Assembly: GCA_964517055.1 (NCBI GenBank)
Contig: CAZFAQ010000002.1
Span: 24,633 to 88,632, forward strand
Origin: an uncultured bacterium
GTDB lineage: Bacteria > Deinococcota > Deinococci > Deinococcales > Trueperaceae
Reading direction: 5' to 3'
Length of the DNA stretch: 64,000 nt
Of this stretch, positions 46,052 through 57,358 are shown one piece after another. The notes under the pieces are model-generated. The model worked only from the letters and a program-made list of their open reading frames with translations, was not told the DNA's origin and searched no databases. Both the position numbers and the translations under genes were made by a program. Position 1 is the stretch's first letter, and each line of letters begins with the position of its first letter.

Positions 46052-47148
46052 CGATCCCCGTGACGGTCTTGGACCGCTACGCCTCGCTGCTCACCGGCTA
46101 CTGCACGAGGGTCGGTCCGGGCGACAAGGTCCTGCTCAACGTCGACCTCGCGGCCGCCGACATGGCGCGCCCCCTGGCTCGCGCCGTGTTGACCGCGGGC
46201 GGCGAGCCGTTCCTGCGCCTCAACTACCCACAGGCCCTGCCCGACCTGCTGGAGCTGGCGAGTGACGACCTGCTGGCGTCGGAGGCGAGCGTGCAGCTCA
46301 GAGAGATGCAGGCGATGGACGTGTTCGTCAACGTGTCTGCGCAGACGAACTCACGTGAGATGCAGGGGATCGACAGGCGCAGGCTGGCGGTGCTCGACAG
46401 GCGCATGGCGCCCGTCGGTCGGCAACGCGTCGACCACACGCGCTGGGTGACTACGCTCTTCCCGACAGCCGCTGCTGCCCAGGAAGCGAGCATGCCTACC
46501 GACGCTTTCGAGCGCTTCGTGTTCGACGCGATGTTCCTCTACGACGACGACCCTGCCGCACGCTGGCTGGAGCTTGGTAGGCGCCAGCAGTCGCTCGTCG
46601 ATCGCCTGGCGAGCGCCGACGTGATCAGGATCCAGGGGCCGGGCACCGACCTCACGCTCAGAGTGAGAGGTCGACCATGGGCCAACTCGGACGGCAGGCG
46701 CAACATGCCTTCCGGTGAGGTGTTCACGAGCCCGCTCGAGGACAGCGCCGACGGCGTCATCACGTTCTCGGTGCCCAGCGGGATCCGAGGGTCGGTCGTC
46801 GAGGGGGTCAGGCTGCGCTTCGAGTCCGGGAAGGTCGTCGAGGCCACGGCGACACGGGGTCAAGACACGCTGGAAGCGCAGCTCGCCACGGACGGCGGCG
46901 CCAGGTACCTGGGTGAGATCGGCATCGGCACGAACCCTCACATCAGGGTGCCCACGCTGAAGACGCTCTACGACGAGAAGATCCTCGGCACCGTGCACCT
47001 GGCGTTAGGCAACTCGTACTCCTCGACGGGCGGAAGCAACGAGAGCGCCATCCATTGGGACCTCGTCTGCGACCTGCGTGACGGCGGAGAGGTGTCCGTG
47101 GACGGAGAGCGGTTCCTCGCTGGCGGACGACTGCTCTGGCTCGACTGA
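46048..47148 (+). CDS. Aminopeptidase, M29 (AmpS/PepS) family
   Basis: 366 aa. NMPSGEVFTSP and HLALGNSY blocks. ATGA overlap with the thioesterase gene. Confidence 0.85.
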   Translation: MTIPVTVLDRYASLLTGYCTRVGPGDKVLLNVDLAAADMARPLARAVLTAGGEPFLRLNYPQALPDLLELASDDLLASEASVQLREMQAMDVFVNVSAQTNSREMQGIDRRRLAVLDRRMAPVGRQRVDHTRWVTTLFPTAAAAQEASMPTDAFERFVFDAMFLYDDDPAARWLELGRRQQSLVDRLASADVIRIQGPGTDLTLRVRGRPWANSDGRRNMPSGEVFTSPLEDSADGVITFSVPSGIRGSVVEGVRLRFESGKVVEATATRGQDTLEAQLATDGGARYLGEIGIGTNPHIRVPTLKTLYDEKILGTVHLALGNSYSSTGGSNESAIHWDLVCDLRDGGEVSVDGERFLAGGRLLWLD

Positions 47149-47169
47149 CAGGGCCCAGCTTGGCCCCGG

Positions 47170-47973
47170 CTAGCTGGCCGTCCAACCGAGGTCGATGCTG
47201 TGGACCGTGCCGGTGACGCCCCACGCCTCCTCGCTCACCAGGTAGGAGACGAGGCCGGCAACGTCGGAAGGCTCGAGCATCCGCTTGATGGCCACCCCGC
47301 CGAGGAACACCTGCGCCTCTACCTCCGCCTCGCTGATCCCCCGGGTCCTCGCCTGGTCGGCCACCTGAGCCGAGACGAGCGGCGTGCGCGTGTAGGCGGG
47401 CGCCACCACGTTGCATGTCAAGCCGAACGGCCCGCCTTCCAGCGCCGTGGTGCGTGCCAGCCCCACGAGACCGTGCTTGGCGCTCACATAGGCGGCCTTG
47501 TACGAGCTGGCCGTGAGGCTGTGGGCGCTGCCGATGTGGACGACCCGCCCCCTGTCGCTAGCGGTCAGGTAGGGCCAGGCGTGCTTCGTCAGCAGGAAAG
47601 GCGCCGTGAGCATCAGCTCGAGCATGTGCCGCCAGCGCGCGGCCGGGAACTCGGGCAACGGGCTTATGTGCTGGTAGCCCGCGCAGTTCACCAGCACGTC
47701 GAGCCGACCGATCTGGCCCGTGGCGGCGTCCACGACCCGCTCGCAAGCGCCCTCTGTCGTCAGGTCGGCGCCCACGAAGGAGGCGCCAGCTGAGCCGGCC
47801 GCTCGCTCCCTATCGGCGCCTGGCAGGTCGGCCGCGACGACGTCGAAACCGTCCGCCACGAGCCTGTCGACGATCGCCAGGCCGATGCCGCTGGCACCAC
47901 CCGTCACCAACGCCGCAGGCGAACCCCCAGCGACGTCCCCGTCTCCTCCATCTCTCGTCCCTCGTGCGCTCAT
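47170..47973 (-). CDS. SDR family oxidoreductase (3-hydroxybutyrate-dehydrogenase-like)
   Basis: ALVTGGASGIGLAIV and YVSAKHG. The start is set to ATG 47973 (TATCCT lies 6 nt upstream). Confidence 0.8.
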   Translation of the reverse strand: MSARGTRDGGDGDVAGGSPAALVTGGASGIGLAIVDRLVADGFDVVAADLPGADRERAAGSAGASFVGADLTTEGACERVVDAATGQIGRLDVLVNCAGYQHISPLPEFPAARWRHMLELMLTAPFLLTKHAWPYLTASDRGRVVHIGSAHSLTASSYKAAYVSAKHGLVGLARTTALEGGPFGLTCNVVAPAYTRTPLVSAQVADQARTRGISEAEVEAQVFLGGVAIKRMLEPSDVAGLVSYLVSEEAWGVTGTVHSIDLGWTAS

Positions 47974-47979
47974 ATCGCG

Positions 47980-47985
47980 AGGATA
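47980..47985 (-). promoter_or_regulatory. -10-like box (TATCCT) 6 nt upstream of the SDR ATG at 47973
   Basis: The minus strand reads TATCCTcgcgatATG. Confidence 0.4.
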
Positions 47986-48125
47986 AGACGCGCTGGAACC
48001 ACGCAGCACGAGGGACCCAGCGTGTTAGACTCCGAACTTGCCGACGCGGCGGGTATCGCCTGCCGAGGCGGCGGAGAAGCCGAGCAGGCGTCTGGCGCCT
48101 GGTCTGGAGCAACGACTGTGTGCCT

Positions 48126-48212
48126 GCCGAAGTGGCGGAACTGGTAGACGCGTACGATTCAGGGTCGTATGTCCGCGAGGACGTGTGGGTTCAAGTCCCA
48201 CCTTCGGCACCA
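48126..48212 (+). tRNA. tRNA-Leu (anticodon CAG)
   Basis: The GCCGAAG/CTTCGGC acceptor stem, anticodon loop TTCAGGG, long variable arm, T-arm GTGGG-TTCAAGT-CCCAC, discriminator A and an encoded CCA fold by eye. Confidence 0.9.
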
Positions 48213-48216
48213 ACTA

Positions 48217-48250
48217 GAGAGCGCCCTGGGTCCAGGCCCGGGGCGCTCTC
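48217..48250. terminator. GC-rich hairpin between convergent tRNA-Leu and glyS (possible bidirectional terminator)
   Basis: GAGAGCGCCC (48217-48226) pairs perfectly with GGGCGCTCTC (48241-48250) around a 14-nt loop. There is no U-tract. Confidence 0.45.
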
Positions 48251-48274
48251 GTCACTAGAGTGACGTCGAGTCGC

Positions 48275-50427
48275 TCAGCCGGTCAGGTGCTCGAGCGCGC
48301 CCAACCGCCGCAGCGGGTGCACCACGGCAGCGAGCAGCGCCAGCCGGTTGCGGCGGACGCGCTCGTCTTCGGCCATCACCAGGACCCCGTCGAGGAAGTC
48401 ATCTAGTGGAGCCTTGAGCTCGAGCAGCCGCGTCAGGCCGGCTTCGTGGCCCACTTCCGCCCCCACGACGTCGTGCCGGCCGGCCGCCGGGTCGTGGGGC
48501 GGGATGGCACTGACCGCTGCGGCCAACAGCTCGGCAGCCGCGTCCTTGCCGCTCCCCAGCGCCTCATGTAGCGCGGCCTCCTGAGGCTCGCTGAACAGGC
48601 TCGGGTCGACGGCGTCCAGCGGCTCCTCGTCGACGGAGCCCGGCTCGTACTGCTCGGCGAGGTTCGCGGCGCGCTTGTAGAGGGCCATGAGGTCGGCGAA
48701 CCCCGGAGCGGCGACGAGCTGGGTCAGCAACGCGGCGCGCCTGAAGCTGCCGAGCACGGTGAAGCTGCCTTCGACGGCGGCTCTCGTGACCTGGGTCGAC
48801 ACGCCGCGCTCGCTTAGCAACGCCGATACGCGGTCCCAGACGAAGCCCTCGACCTCTGTAAGCGTGCCGGCATCTATCTGGACGGGGCCGCTGCGGTACG
48901 CCGACGCTGCCGCCTCTACCAGGGCACCGAGCGAAGCCCGCCAACCTCGCGCCGCCAAGACCCTGACGACCGCGTGGGCGTCCCTGCGTAGTCCGAACGG
49001 GTCGGCCGAGCCGGTGGGACGCTTGCCGAGAGCGAAGAAGCCGACCAGTGTGTCGAGGCGGTCTGCGACCGCGAGCACCGCTCCGGCCTCTGTCTGCGGC
49101 AGCGGTTGGTCCGTGCCCTTGGGCATGACGCCGCCCATGAGGGCATCGGCGACCGGCTCTGGCTGGCCCTCGGCCAGCGCGTAGGCGTGAGCCATGACGC
49201 CCTCCAGCTCCGGGAACTCGTAGACCATCTGGGTGGCCAGGTCGGCCCTGAAGAGGGGGGTGGCCCCCGCGAGGGCCTCCCTCTCCTCCGCCCCGAGGTC
49301 CACGGCGTCAGCCACCGCCTGCGTGGCGCCGGCCACCCTGGCCACCTTGTCGGCCATCGAGCCGAGGTCCCGCTGGAAGGCGATACCCGATAGCGCCCAG
49401 GCGTGCTGAGAGAGCGACCGGTCGCGGTCGGCATGCCAGAAGAAGCGGGCGTCGTATAGCCGGCCGGCCAGCACGTCCTCGTAGCCTCGTCTGACGACCG
49501 ACTCGTCCTGAACACGGTTGTTCGAGATCCCGACGAAGGCTGGCGCCAGGCGGCCGCCCTCGCCCTTGAGCGGGAAGAAGCGCTGGTGCTTGATCATGAC
49601 GGCCAGGAGGACGGCGTCGGGCAGCACCAGGTAGTCGTCGGCGAAACGCCCCAGGATCGGGAACGGCCACTCGATGAGGTTGGACACCTCGGCGAGCAGG
49701 CTGTCGTCGTCGATCGGGGCCAAGCCTTCGCTCGCCGCTAGCTGGGTGACAGCCGACAGCGTCGAGGCCCGCCTATCGGCCTCGTCGGCCATGACCCATG
49801 CGGACCGTAGGTCCTCGGCGTACTCACTTGGCGACCCGATCGTCGCTTCGCCTGGGGCCAGGAACCTGTGACCACGAGAGGCCGCGCCGGACACCACGCC
49901 GGCAGCCGAGACGCCTAGGTCCTCTTCGCCGTAGCGCGCGAGCAGCCAGGCAACGGGCCGTACGAACGGTGTCTCGACGTCGGCCCACCGCATCTTCCTC
50001 GGCGCAGGCAGGTCGCCGACCAGTCCGGCGAGCAGCTCGGGTAGCAGGTCGACGGCCGCGACGCCTCCCGACCTCACGAGCGCGTACACGTACTCACCTC
50101 GCTCGGTTTCGCGCCTGACGAGGTCGGCCGTCGTCACTCCGGCCGAGCGCGCGAAGGCCTCGCCCGCCTTCGTCGGCGCGCCGGCCTCGTCGAAGGCGAC
50201 CTGTGCGGAGGGCCCGCGTCGCTCCGTGACGCGCTCCTCGCTCGACTCCGGCACGCCAGAGGCGAGCGCTGCGAGGCGCCGTGGCGTGGCGTAGGTGGTG
50301 ACCTCGCCCGGCTCGAGCCCGGCGGCGGCGAGACGCTCTCGCAGCAGCGCGCCTAGGGCTCTGGACCCCTCGGTCACGTACCAGGCCGGGAGCTCCTCGG
50401 TGCCGATCTCGAACAGCAGGTCGCGGC

Positions 50428-50431
<4 letters not shown>
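48275..50431 (-). CDS. glyS: Glycine--tRNA ligase beta subunit
   Basis: 718 aa. [19 protein letters not shown]-terminus. Overlaps the glyQ stop by 4 nt. Confidence 0.95.
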
Positions 50432-51291
<860 letters not shown>

Positions 51292-51386
51292 CCGTGCCCC
51301 TGTACGTACGCCCGACGATTAGGTCTCGCTTAAAGCCGGCAGCGCAATCGTAATGAATGTCGTGCCCGGCGCTCGGGCAGACGGGT

Positions 51387-51395
51387 ACTATAGCA
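51387..51395 (-). promoter_or_regulatory. Extended -10 (TGcTATAGT) for glyQS, with a leader of about 90 nt
   Basis: The minus strand reads aTGcTATAGTacc. An AGGGG SD lies before the glyQ ATG. Confidence 0.3.
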
Positions 51396-51474
51396 TCAGG
51401 CCCGGAAGGCGCTTCTAGCGCCGTGGAGTAACGTCCTCGCCCTCTAGGTCGCGCCCGCCAGCGCGGAGGATCGC

Positions 51475-53682
51475 TTGAACCGCTACGACGACAGAGCCCG
51501 GCTCGTCTTCCACTTCGCTCGCGAAGAGGGCAGCAAGCTGGGTCACGCCATGATCGGACCCGAGCACCTGCTGCTTGGCCTCATGCGCGAGGGCGGCACG
51601 GCCAGCAAGGTGCTTGCGGAGTTCGGCGGTACGCTCGACGGCTTCCGCACGCAGGTCGAGAGCATGGTCGGCAGGGGCGACGGCCTGCCCCGCAACGAGG
51701 CTGCCTCGATAACGCCGCGGGCGCGCCGCGTCATGGAGCTGGCAGGCAGCGAGGCCCGGAGCCTCGGCTCGAACGTGATCGCGACGGAGCACATCCTGCT
51801 GGGCATCATCCGCGAGGGTGACGGCGTCGCCTACCGCATCCTGCAGGAGCTCACCCGCGACGTCGACACCGTCAGGTGGCGCATCCTGGCAGCAGCGGAC
51901 CCGAAGAACCAGGCCGAGTCCGTCAACACACCGTTCTTAGACGAGTACGCCCGCGACCTCACGAAAGCTGCCCAGGACGGCAAGCTCGACCCGGTCATCG
52001 GCCGCACCGAGGAGATAAGGCGCGTCATCCAGATCCTCAGTCGCCGCACCAAGAACAACCCGGTGCTCATCGGCGAGCCCGGCGTCGGCAAGACCGCGAT
52101 CGTCGAGGGGCTCGCCCAGGCGATCGTCGAGGGTCGCGTCCCGCCCAACCTCGGCGGCGTGCGCGTCCTCTCCATAGACCTGTCCAACGTGGTGGCTGGC
52201 ACCAAGTACCGCGGCGAGTTCGAGGAGCGTCTGCGCCAGATCATCGAGGAGCTGCGCAGCGCCCGCGTCGTCGCTTTCATCGACGAGCTGCACACACTCG
52301 TCGGCGCCGGCGGCGCCGAGGGCACGCTGGACGCCGCCAACATCCTGAAGCCGCCGCTCTCGCGCGGCGAGATCCAGGTCATCGGCGCCACCACGACGGG
52401 CGAGTACCACCGCTACATCGAGAAGGACGCGGCGCTGGAGCGCCGGTTCCAGCCGGTGATCGTGCTCGAGCCGTCGCCAGAGGAGTCGCTCGAGATACTC
52501 GTCGGGCTGCGCGAGAAGTACGAGGCGCACCACGGCGTCGTGATCCCGCACGAGATGCTGCAGATGGCCGTGCGCTACGGCGAGCGCAGCCTGCCCGGCC
52601 GCAACTTCCCAGACAAGGCCATCGACCTCATCGACGAGGCCGCGTCCCGCACGCGCCTCAACAAGTCGCTCGGGTTCCCGGTCATCGAGGAGGAGGACGG
52701 CACGCCGATAGTCGGCCGCGCCGACCTCGAGGCCGTCGTCGACTCCTGGGGCGGCATATACGTCGACGACCAGGACGACAGCAAGCTCGCCAGCATCGAG
52801 GAGGACCTGAAGGGTCGCGTGGTCGGCCAGGACCGGGCCATCCGCGCGCTCGGGGCCGCCCTCAGGCGCTCGCGCGTCGGCCTCGGCGGCCGGACGCGGG
52901 TCGCCGCCTCCTTCCTTTTCGTCGGTCCGTCCGGCATCGGCAAGACGTTCCTGGCCAAGCAGCTCGCCGCCCTGCTCTTCGGCAGCGAGCGGTCGCTCGT
53001 CCGCCTCGACATGAGCGAGTTCCAGGAGGCGCACTCGATAAGCAAGCTCATCGGTGCTCCTCCCGGCTACGTAGGTCACGAGCAGGGCGGCCGCCTCACC
53101 GAGGCGGTGCGGCGTCAGCCTTTCAGCGTCGTGCTCCTCGACGAGATCGAGAAGGCGCACCCCGACATCTACAACACTTTCCTGCAGGTCCTCGACGACG
53201 GCAGGTTGACGGACGGCCTGGGCCGCACCGTCGACTTCAGGCGCGTCATCCTGATCATGACCAGCAACACCGGCTTCAACAAGGGCGGGACCGTCGGCTT
53301 CCAGGAGGACGGCGGGCAGGGTCACGACATGCCACTCAAGAACCTGTTCACGGCCGAGTTCCTCGACCGCCTCGACGAGGTCATCGCCTTCGACACCTTC
53401 GGCCGCGACCACATCGTCGAGATCGCCAGGCAGGCGCTCGATGACATCCGCAGCGAGCTGGCTGGCCGCGACATCGAGGTCACGTTCGCCAAGGAGGTCG
53501 CCGAGTTCCTCGTCGACAAGCTGCCGGCCGGCGAGAGCGCCAGGCCGTTGCGCTCCGTTATGCGCGAGTTCATCGAGGACCCGCTGTCGCTCGAGATCCT
53601 GGCGCACGGCGCCGAGGAGCCACTCCTCGTCACGATCGAGGAGGGCAAGCCCGTCTTCGCCCGCCCGGTCCCGTTGGTCTAG
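51475..53682 (+). CDS. clpC: Clp/Hsp100 ATPase, ClpC-like N-domain but without a middle (M/UVR) domain
   Basis: TTG start after a GGAGGA SD. Two Clp_N repeats. Walker A1 GEPGVGKT at about residue 200 and Walker A2 GPSGIGKT at about 484. VGF ClpP-docking tripeptide. Confidence 0.9.
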   Translation: MNRYDDRARLVFHFAREEGSKLGHAMIGPEHLLLGLMREGGTASKVLAEFGGTLDGFRTQVESMVGRGDGLPRNEAASITPRARRVMELAGSEARSLGSNVIATEHILLGIIREGDGVAYRILQELTRDVDTVRWRILAAADPKNQAESVNTPFLDEYARDLTKAAQDGKLDPVIGRTEEIRRVIQILSRRTKNNPVLIGEPGVGKTAIVEGLAQAIVEGRVPPNLGGVRVLSIDLSNVVAGTKYRGEFEERLRQIIEELRSARVVAFIDELHTLVGAGGAEGTLDAANILKPPLSRGEIQVIGATTTGEYHRYIEKDAALERRFQPVIVLEPSPEESLEILVGLREKYEAHHGVVIPHEMLQMAVRYGERSLPGRNFPDKAIDLIDEAASRTRLNKSLGFPVIEEEDGTPIVGRADLEAVVDSWGGIYVDDQDDSKLASIEEDLKGRVVGQDRAIRALGAALRRSRVGLGGRTRVAASFLFVGPSGIGKTFLAKQLAALLFGSERSLVRLDMSEFQEAHSISKLIGAPPGYVGHEQGGRLTEAVRRQPFSVVLLDEIEKAHPDIYNTFLQVLDDGRLTDGLGRTVDFRRVILIMTSNTGFNKGGTVGFQEDGGQGHDMPLKNLFTAEFLDRLDEVIAFDTFGRDHIVEIARQALDDIRSELAGRDIEVTFAKEVAEFLVDKLPAGESARPLRSVMREFIEDPLSLEILAHGAEEPLLVTIEEGKPVFARPVPLV

Positions 53683-53693
53683 CGCCCCGTCTC

Positions 53694-53716
53694 GGCGCAG
53701 CCTGCGAGCGCCTTTT
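53694..53716 (+). terminator. Intrinsic-terminator-like hairpin after clpC
   Basis: GGCGC, a 9-nt loop and GCGCC, followed by TTTT. It starts 12 nt after the clpC stop. The stem is short (5 bp). Confidence 0.35.
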
Positions 53717-53790
53717 GCCGTCTTCGCCACGCCTAGGCGTCTCCCCGTTCGGTACGCTGCTCCAATGTCGAGGAACGCAGGGCCCAGACC

Positions 53791-55113
53791 GTGGCCCGCG
53801 TAGCCACCGCTTACGTCTGCGAGGAGTGCGGGGCGAAGAGCCCCGCCCCGCTCGGACGCTGCCCGCGCTGCGGCGCCTGGGGCAGCATGGTGGCCGAGGA
53901 GCAGCCGGTTCGGACGTCTGGCAAGGGCGCCGCCAAGGCGGCCACCAGCTTCGAGCTGACGAGGGTCGTCGGCGACGAGCCTCAACGCCTGGCGACCGGC
54001 TCCGAGGAGGTCGACCGCGTCTTGGGCGGCGGCCTCGTCGAGGGCTCGGCCGTGCTGCTGACAGGTGAACCGGGCATCGGCAAGTCGACCCTCCTCCTGC
54101 AGCTGGCGGCACACGTCGCGACAGCAGGCAAGGACGTCCTCTACGTCGCCGGTGAGGAGTCACCGCTCCAGGTGCGCCTGCGGGCGGACCGCCTCAGCGT
54201 GGGCGACGGCCTCTTCCTCACGCGCCAAACGGACGCGGTCGCGGTGGCCGAGTACCTACGGGAACGGGCGCCCCGGCTCGCCATCGTCGACTCGATCCAG
54301 ACGCTCACCTCCGGCGACGACGGCGTGCCAGGCAGCCTCACGCAGGTCCGCGACTCGACGGCGCTCATCGTGTCGGCAGCGAAGGAGTCAGGCACGGCGC
54401 TCGTCCTCATCGGCCACGTCACCAAGCAGGGCACTGTGGCCGGGCCCAAGGTGGTCGAGCACATCGTCGACGCCACGCTCTCGCTCGAGTCGGCGGGCGA
54501 CCTGCGCGTGCTGCGCTCACTCAAGAACCGCTTCGGCGCCACAGGCGAGGTGGGCGTGTTCGAGATGACGTCCGCCGGCCTGAGCGACGTGCCCAACCCG
54601 TCTGCGGCGTTCCTGGCCGAGCGCCCGATTGGGGTGCCCGGCTCTGTCGTGGCGGCCGTGCTCGAAGGCCAGAGGCCGCTGCTCCTCGAGGTGCAGGCTC
54701 TCGCATCCAAGAGCCCGTACTCGGCGCCCCGCCGCGTAGTGCAGGGCCTCGACCAGCGCCGCGTAGACGTTGTGCTGGCGGTGCTCGAACGCCGGCTCGG
54801 CCTGCCGCTGGAGGGTCTGGACGTGTTCGTCAACGTCGCGGGTGGCCTCCGCGTGACCGACCCTGGCGCCGACCTAGCGGTCGCCGTCGCCGTCTACTCG
54901 GCGGTCACGAACCGCCCGGTGCCCGAGGGGACCGCGCTCGTCGGCGAGGTGGGGCTGGCCGGCGAGCTACGCAGCGCCAGCCAGATCGGGAGGCGCGTGC
55001 AGGAGGCGCAGCGCGCCGGGCTCGAGCGGGTCATCGGCCCACGCTCCTCCGAGCCTGTGCTGCCAGCCGGCACGCTCAGCGAAGCCCTGACTGCCGTCTG
55101 GGAGGGGGCGTGA
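53791..55113 (+). CDS. radA: DNA repair protein RadA/Sms
   Basis: Zinc finger CEECG...CPRCG, Walker [15 protein letters not shown] motif and a Lon-like C-terminus. Confidence 0.95.
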   Translation: MARVATAYVCEECGAKSPAPLGRCPRCGAWGSMVAEEQPVRTSGKGAAKAATSFELTRVVGDEPQRLATGSEEVDRVLGGGLVEGSAVLLTGEPGIGKSTLLLQLAAHVATAGKDVLYVAGEESPLQVRLRADRLSVGDGLFLTRQTDAVAVAEYLRERAPRLAIVDSIQTLTSGDDGVPGSLTQVRDSTALIVSAAKESGTALVLIGHVTKQGTVAGPKVVEHIVDATLSLESAGDLRVLRSLKNRFGATGEVGVFEMTSAGLSDVPNPSAAFLAERPIGVPGSVVAAVLEGQRPLLLEVQALASKSPYSAPRRVVQGLDQRRVDVVLAVLERRLGLPLEGLDVFVNVAGGLRVTDPGADLAVAVAVYSAVTNRPVPEGTALVGEVGLAGELRSASQIGRRVQEAQRAGLERVIGPRSSEPVLPAGTLSEALTAVWEGA

Positions 55114-56234
55114 ACGGGGCGGCCTCCGATCAGCACCACGGTGACCACGCCAAGCGCCACGACGCCAAGCCAGGTGGCTCCGACGAGCGACTGGGGACCA
55201 CGCTCGCCAGCGGGCTGTTCACGTTGGCGGGGGCCGCTGCCGCCTACTTCCTGAGTCTCAGCCTACTGGAGCCCCGCGGCCTGCTGGCGGGGCCGAACAA
55301 CCTCTTCTACCTGACGGTCGTCGGTGGCCTAACTGCGCTGCTGCTCACGCGCGGCCCGGCGCGGCGTGCCGGCCGCCTCTGGGCGCGTGGGATGGACAGC
55401 GTCACCTCGGTCGGGCCGGACGCCGTGGTGGCCGTGCTCGTCGGCGCAACGGTCGGCCTCGTCCTGACGATCCTCGTCAACACCGTGCTGGCCGACATCC
55501 CAGGTTTCACCTGGTACTGGTCCGTGCTGATCGCCGTCATCGCGGTCGTCGGCTGCGCCGGTTTCTTCGTCGTCAACCGGCGCGTGCTGCCAGGCCTGCG
55601 CACCACCGGCACGGCTGTCGTCTCGACCGGCCCGTGGCACGACAAGGTGCTCGACAGCTCAGCGATCATCGACGGTCGGGTGCTCGACGTCGCCGAGGCC
55701 AACTTCGTCGACGGCCGGCTCCTGGTGCCTCACTTCGTGCTCGCCGAGCTGCAACGCCTCGCGGACTCAGAGGACCCGCTCAGGCGACAGAGAGGGCGGC
55801 GCGGGCTGGAGATGGTCGATCGGCTCGTCTCGCACAGGGAGCTGCCAGCGGAGGTCGTCACCGTGGCCGACGACGCCAAGGTGCCGGTCGACGCACGACT
55901 GGTTCGTTACTGCCTGGAGACCGGCTTCGACCTCGTCACCACCGACTACAACCTCAGCCGGGTGGCCGCCCTTCAGGGCGTAAGGGTGCTCAACCTCAAC
56001 CAGCTCGCCAACGGCGTCAAGGTCACGTACATGCCAGGCGAGCGGCTCACCCTCAACGTCGTCAAGCCAGGCAGGGAGTCAGGTCAGGGTCTCGCCTACC
56101 TCGAGGACGGCACGATGGTCGTCGTCGAGGACGCCGCCGAGCTCGTGGGACACAGCGTCGACGCCGTCGTCACGTCAAGCCTGCAGACGAGCATGGGGAG
56201 GATGATCTTCGCGCGCCTGGCGAACGGCGAGTGA
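55110..56234 (+). CDS. PIN/TRAM domain-containing membrane protein (YacL-like)
   Basis: N-terminal TM helices, a PIN segment [11 protein letters not shown]...LAELQ and a C-terminal TRAM-like segment. GTGA overlap with radA. Confidence 0.8.
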   Translation: MNGAASDQHHGDHAKRHDAKPGGSDERLGTTLASGLFTLAGAAAAYFLSLSLLEPRGLLAGPNNLFYLTVVGGLTALLLTRGPARRAGRLWARGMDSVTSVGPDAVVAVLVGATVGLVLTILVNTVLADIPGFTWYWSVLIAVIAVVGCAGFFVVNRRVLPGLRTTGTAVVSTGPWHDKVLDSSAIIDGRVLDVAEANFVDGRLLVPHFVLAELQRLADSEDPLRRQRGRRGLEMVDRLVSHRELPAEVVTVADDAKVPVDARLVRYCLETGFDLVTTDYNLSRVAALQGVRVLNLNQLANGVKVTYMPGERLTLNVVKPGRESGQGLAYLEDGTMVVVEDAAELVGHSVDAVVTSSLQTSMGRMIFARLANGE

Positions 56235-56250
56235 CGTGCAGCGTGTCGCG

Positions 56251-56279
56251 TTGACACCCCGCCGCGCCGGCCATAAGCT
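56251..56279 (+). promoter_or_regulatory. Sigma-70-type promoter upstream of tRNA-Ala
   Basis: TTGACA (56251-56256), a 17-nt spacer and TAAGCT (56274-56279), about 50 nt upstream of the tRNA 5' end. Confidence 0.5.
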
Positions 56280-56328
56280 CTTCGAGGTGCCCGTCCCCGT
56301 TGGAACGGGCGCCGAGGGAAGCGATCTA

Positions 56329-56404
56329 GGGGCCTTAGCTCAGTTGGGAGAGCGTTCGCTTTGCAAGCGAAATGTCGCCGGTTCGAGTCCGGCAGGCTCC
56401 ACCA
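56329..56404 (+). tRNA. tRNA-Ala (anticodon TGC)
   Basis: GGGGCCT/AGGCTCC acceptor stem with the G3:U70 pair, anticodon loop TTTGCAA, T-arm GCCGG-TTCGAGT-CCGGC and an encoded CCA. Confidence 0.9.
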
Positions 56405-56415
56405 CCCACGTACGC

Positions 56416-56469
56416 GCGCGACCGAAACGTCCGGACCAGGGCAGATGTCCCGGTCAGGCTCGGTCGCGC
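56416..56469 (+). terminator. Long hairpin downstream of tRNA-Ala
   Basis: GCGCGACCGA (56416-56425) pairs perfectly with TCGGTCGCGC (56460-56469). The 34-nt interior has further self-complementarity. There is no U-tract. Confidence 0.35.
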
Positions 56470-56473
56470 CTCA

Positions 56474-56482
56474 TGCTAGATT
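56474..56482 (+). promoter_or_regulatory. Extended -10 (TGcTAGATT), candidate act operon promoter with a leader of about 200 nt
   Basis: The plus strand reads aTGcTAGATT just downstream of the tRNA-Ala hairpin. I see no convincing -35. Confidence 0.25.
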
Positions 56483-56695
56483 GGGCGAAGTTTTCACGCC
56501 TGGCGCGGAGAAACACCGCGCAGGACGAGCGTACGGAGCGTCCCACCGGCCCGGTTCGCCGCGGCCGGCTAGTTCGAGGAGGTAGTCCGCCTAGCATGAT
56601 GTCGACCACTTCGCGCCCCCTTGACTTCGCCGGAGCGACCGAGCCACCGCCACATGCGGCTTCGCTCGCCATCGGCAGGTGGGCCGCCTAGAGAC

Positions 56696-57358
56696 ATGCC
56701 GCAGTTCTTCCCTCCCAACACCAACGCGCTGATCAAGTGGTCCATGTGGGGCGGCGGTGTGTTCTTCGTGCTGCTCATCGGCGCCATGACGTTCTACGCC
56801 CGCGCCACCAACAACGCCGTCGGCGTTCCCGTCCCGCAGCCCGTCGACTTCCCGCACAACACACACGTCGTCCAGGTCGGGCTCGACTGCCGCTACTGCC
56901 ACACGACCGTCGAGACCTCCAACACGGCCTCCGTGCCCGCTACCGAGACCTGCATGACATGCCACTCGCAGATCCGCACTGCAACGCCGCAGCTCCAGGC
57001 GGTCTTCGATAGCTGGGAGACCGGTGTCCCCATCCAGTGGAACCGCGTCCACGACCTGCCGGACTACGTCTACTTCGATCACAGCGTTCACGTGAACAAC
57101 GGCGTGGGCTGCTCCAGCTGCCACGGTCGCGTCGACCAGATGACGACCGTCTTCAAGGCCGAGCCGATGACCATGGGTTGGTGCCTCGAGTGCCACCGCG
57201 ACCCAGCGACGCAGCTCAGGCCCCGCAGCGAGGTCCTCAACATCGAGTACAGCTTCCCCTCCTCACCGGAGGAGCAGCGTGCCATCGGAACGGAGCTGAT
57301 CGAGGCGTACCACATAGACACGGATAGGCTCATCCAATGCTCGACCTGCCACAGATGA
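56696..57358 (+). CDS. actA: Alternative complex III subunit ActA (pentahaem cytochrome c)
   Basis: One N-terminal TM helix and five CxxCH motifs (CRYCH, CMTCH, CSSCH, CLECH, CSTCH). The start is set to ATG 56696. Confidence 0.85.
   Translation: MPQFFPPNTNALIKWSMWGGGVFFVLLIGAMTFYARATNNAVGVPVPQPVDFPHNTHVVQVGLDCRYCHTTVETSNTASVPATETCMTCHSQIRTATPQLQAVFDSWETGVPIQWNRVHDLPDYVYFDHSVHVNNGVGCSSCHGRVDQMTTVFKAEPMTMGWCLECHRDPATQLRPRSEVLNIEYSFPSSPEEQRAIGTELIEAYHIDTDRLIQCSTCHR

Noticed and set aside
51292-51474. A T-box leader upstream of glyQS, and CtsR or HAIR operators upstream of clpC.
   Set aside because: Reading the minus strand, I found no T-box consensus (AAnnnGGGTGGTACCGCG-like), specifier-loop or terminator-antiterminator architecture. 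There is no GGTCAAA direct repeat and no CTTGAGT-N7-ACTCAAG.
56596-56691. A 31-codon upstream ORF (MMSTTSRPLDFAGATEPPPHAASLAIGRWAA) that ends 4 nt before the actA ATG, with a GAGGAGG 13 nt upstream.
   Set aside because: The SD spacing is long and the peptide is neither hydrophobic (as small ACIII subunits are) nor recognisable. An open frame of this length is expected by chance at this GC content. It can only be checked by ribosome profiling.
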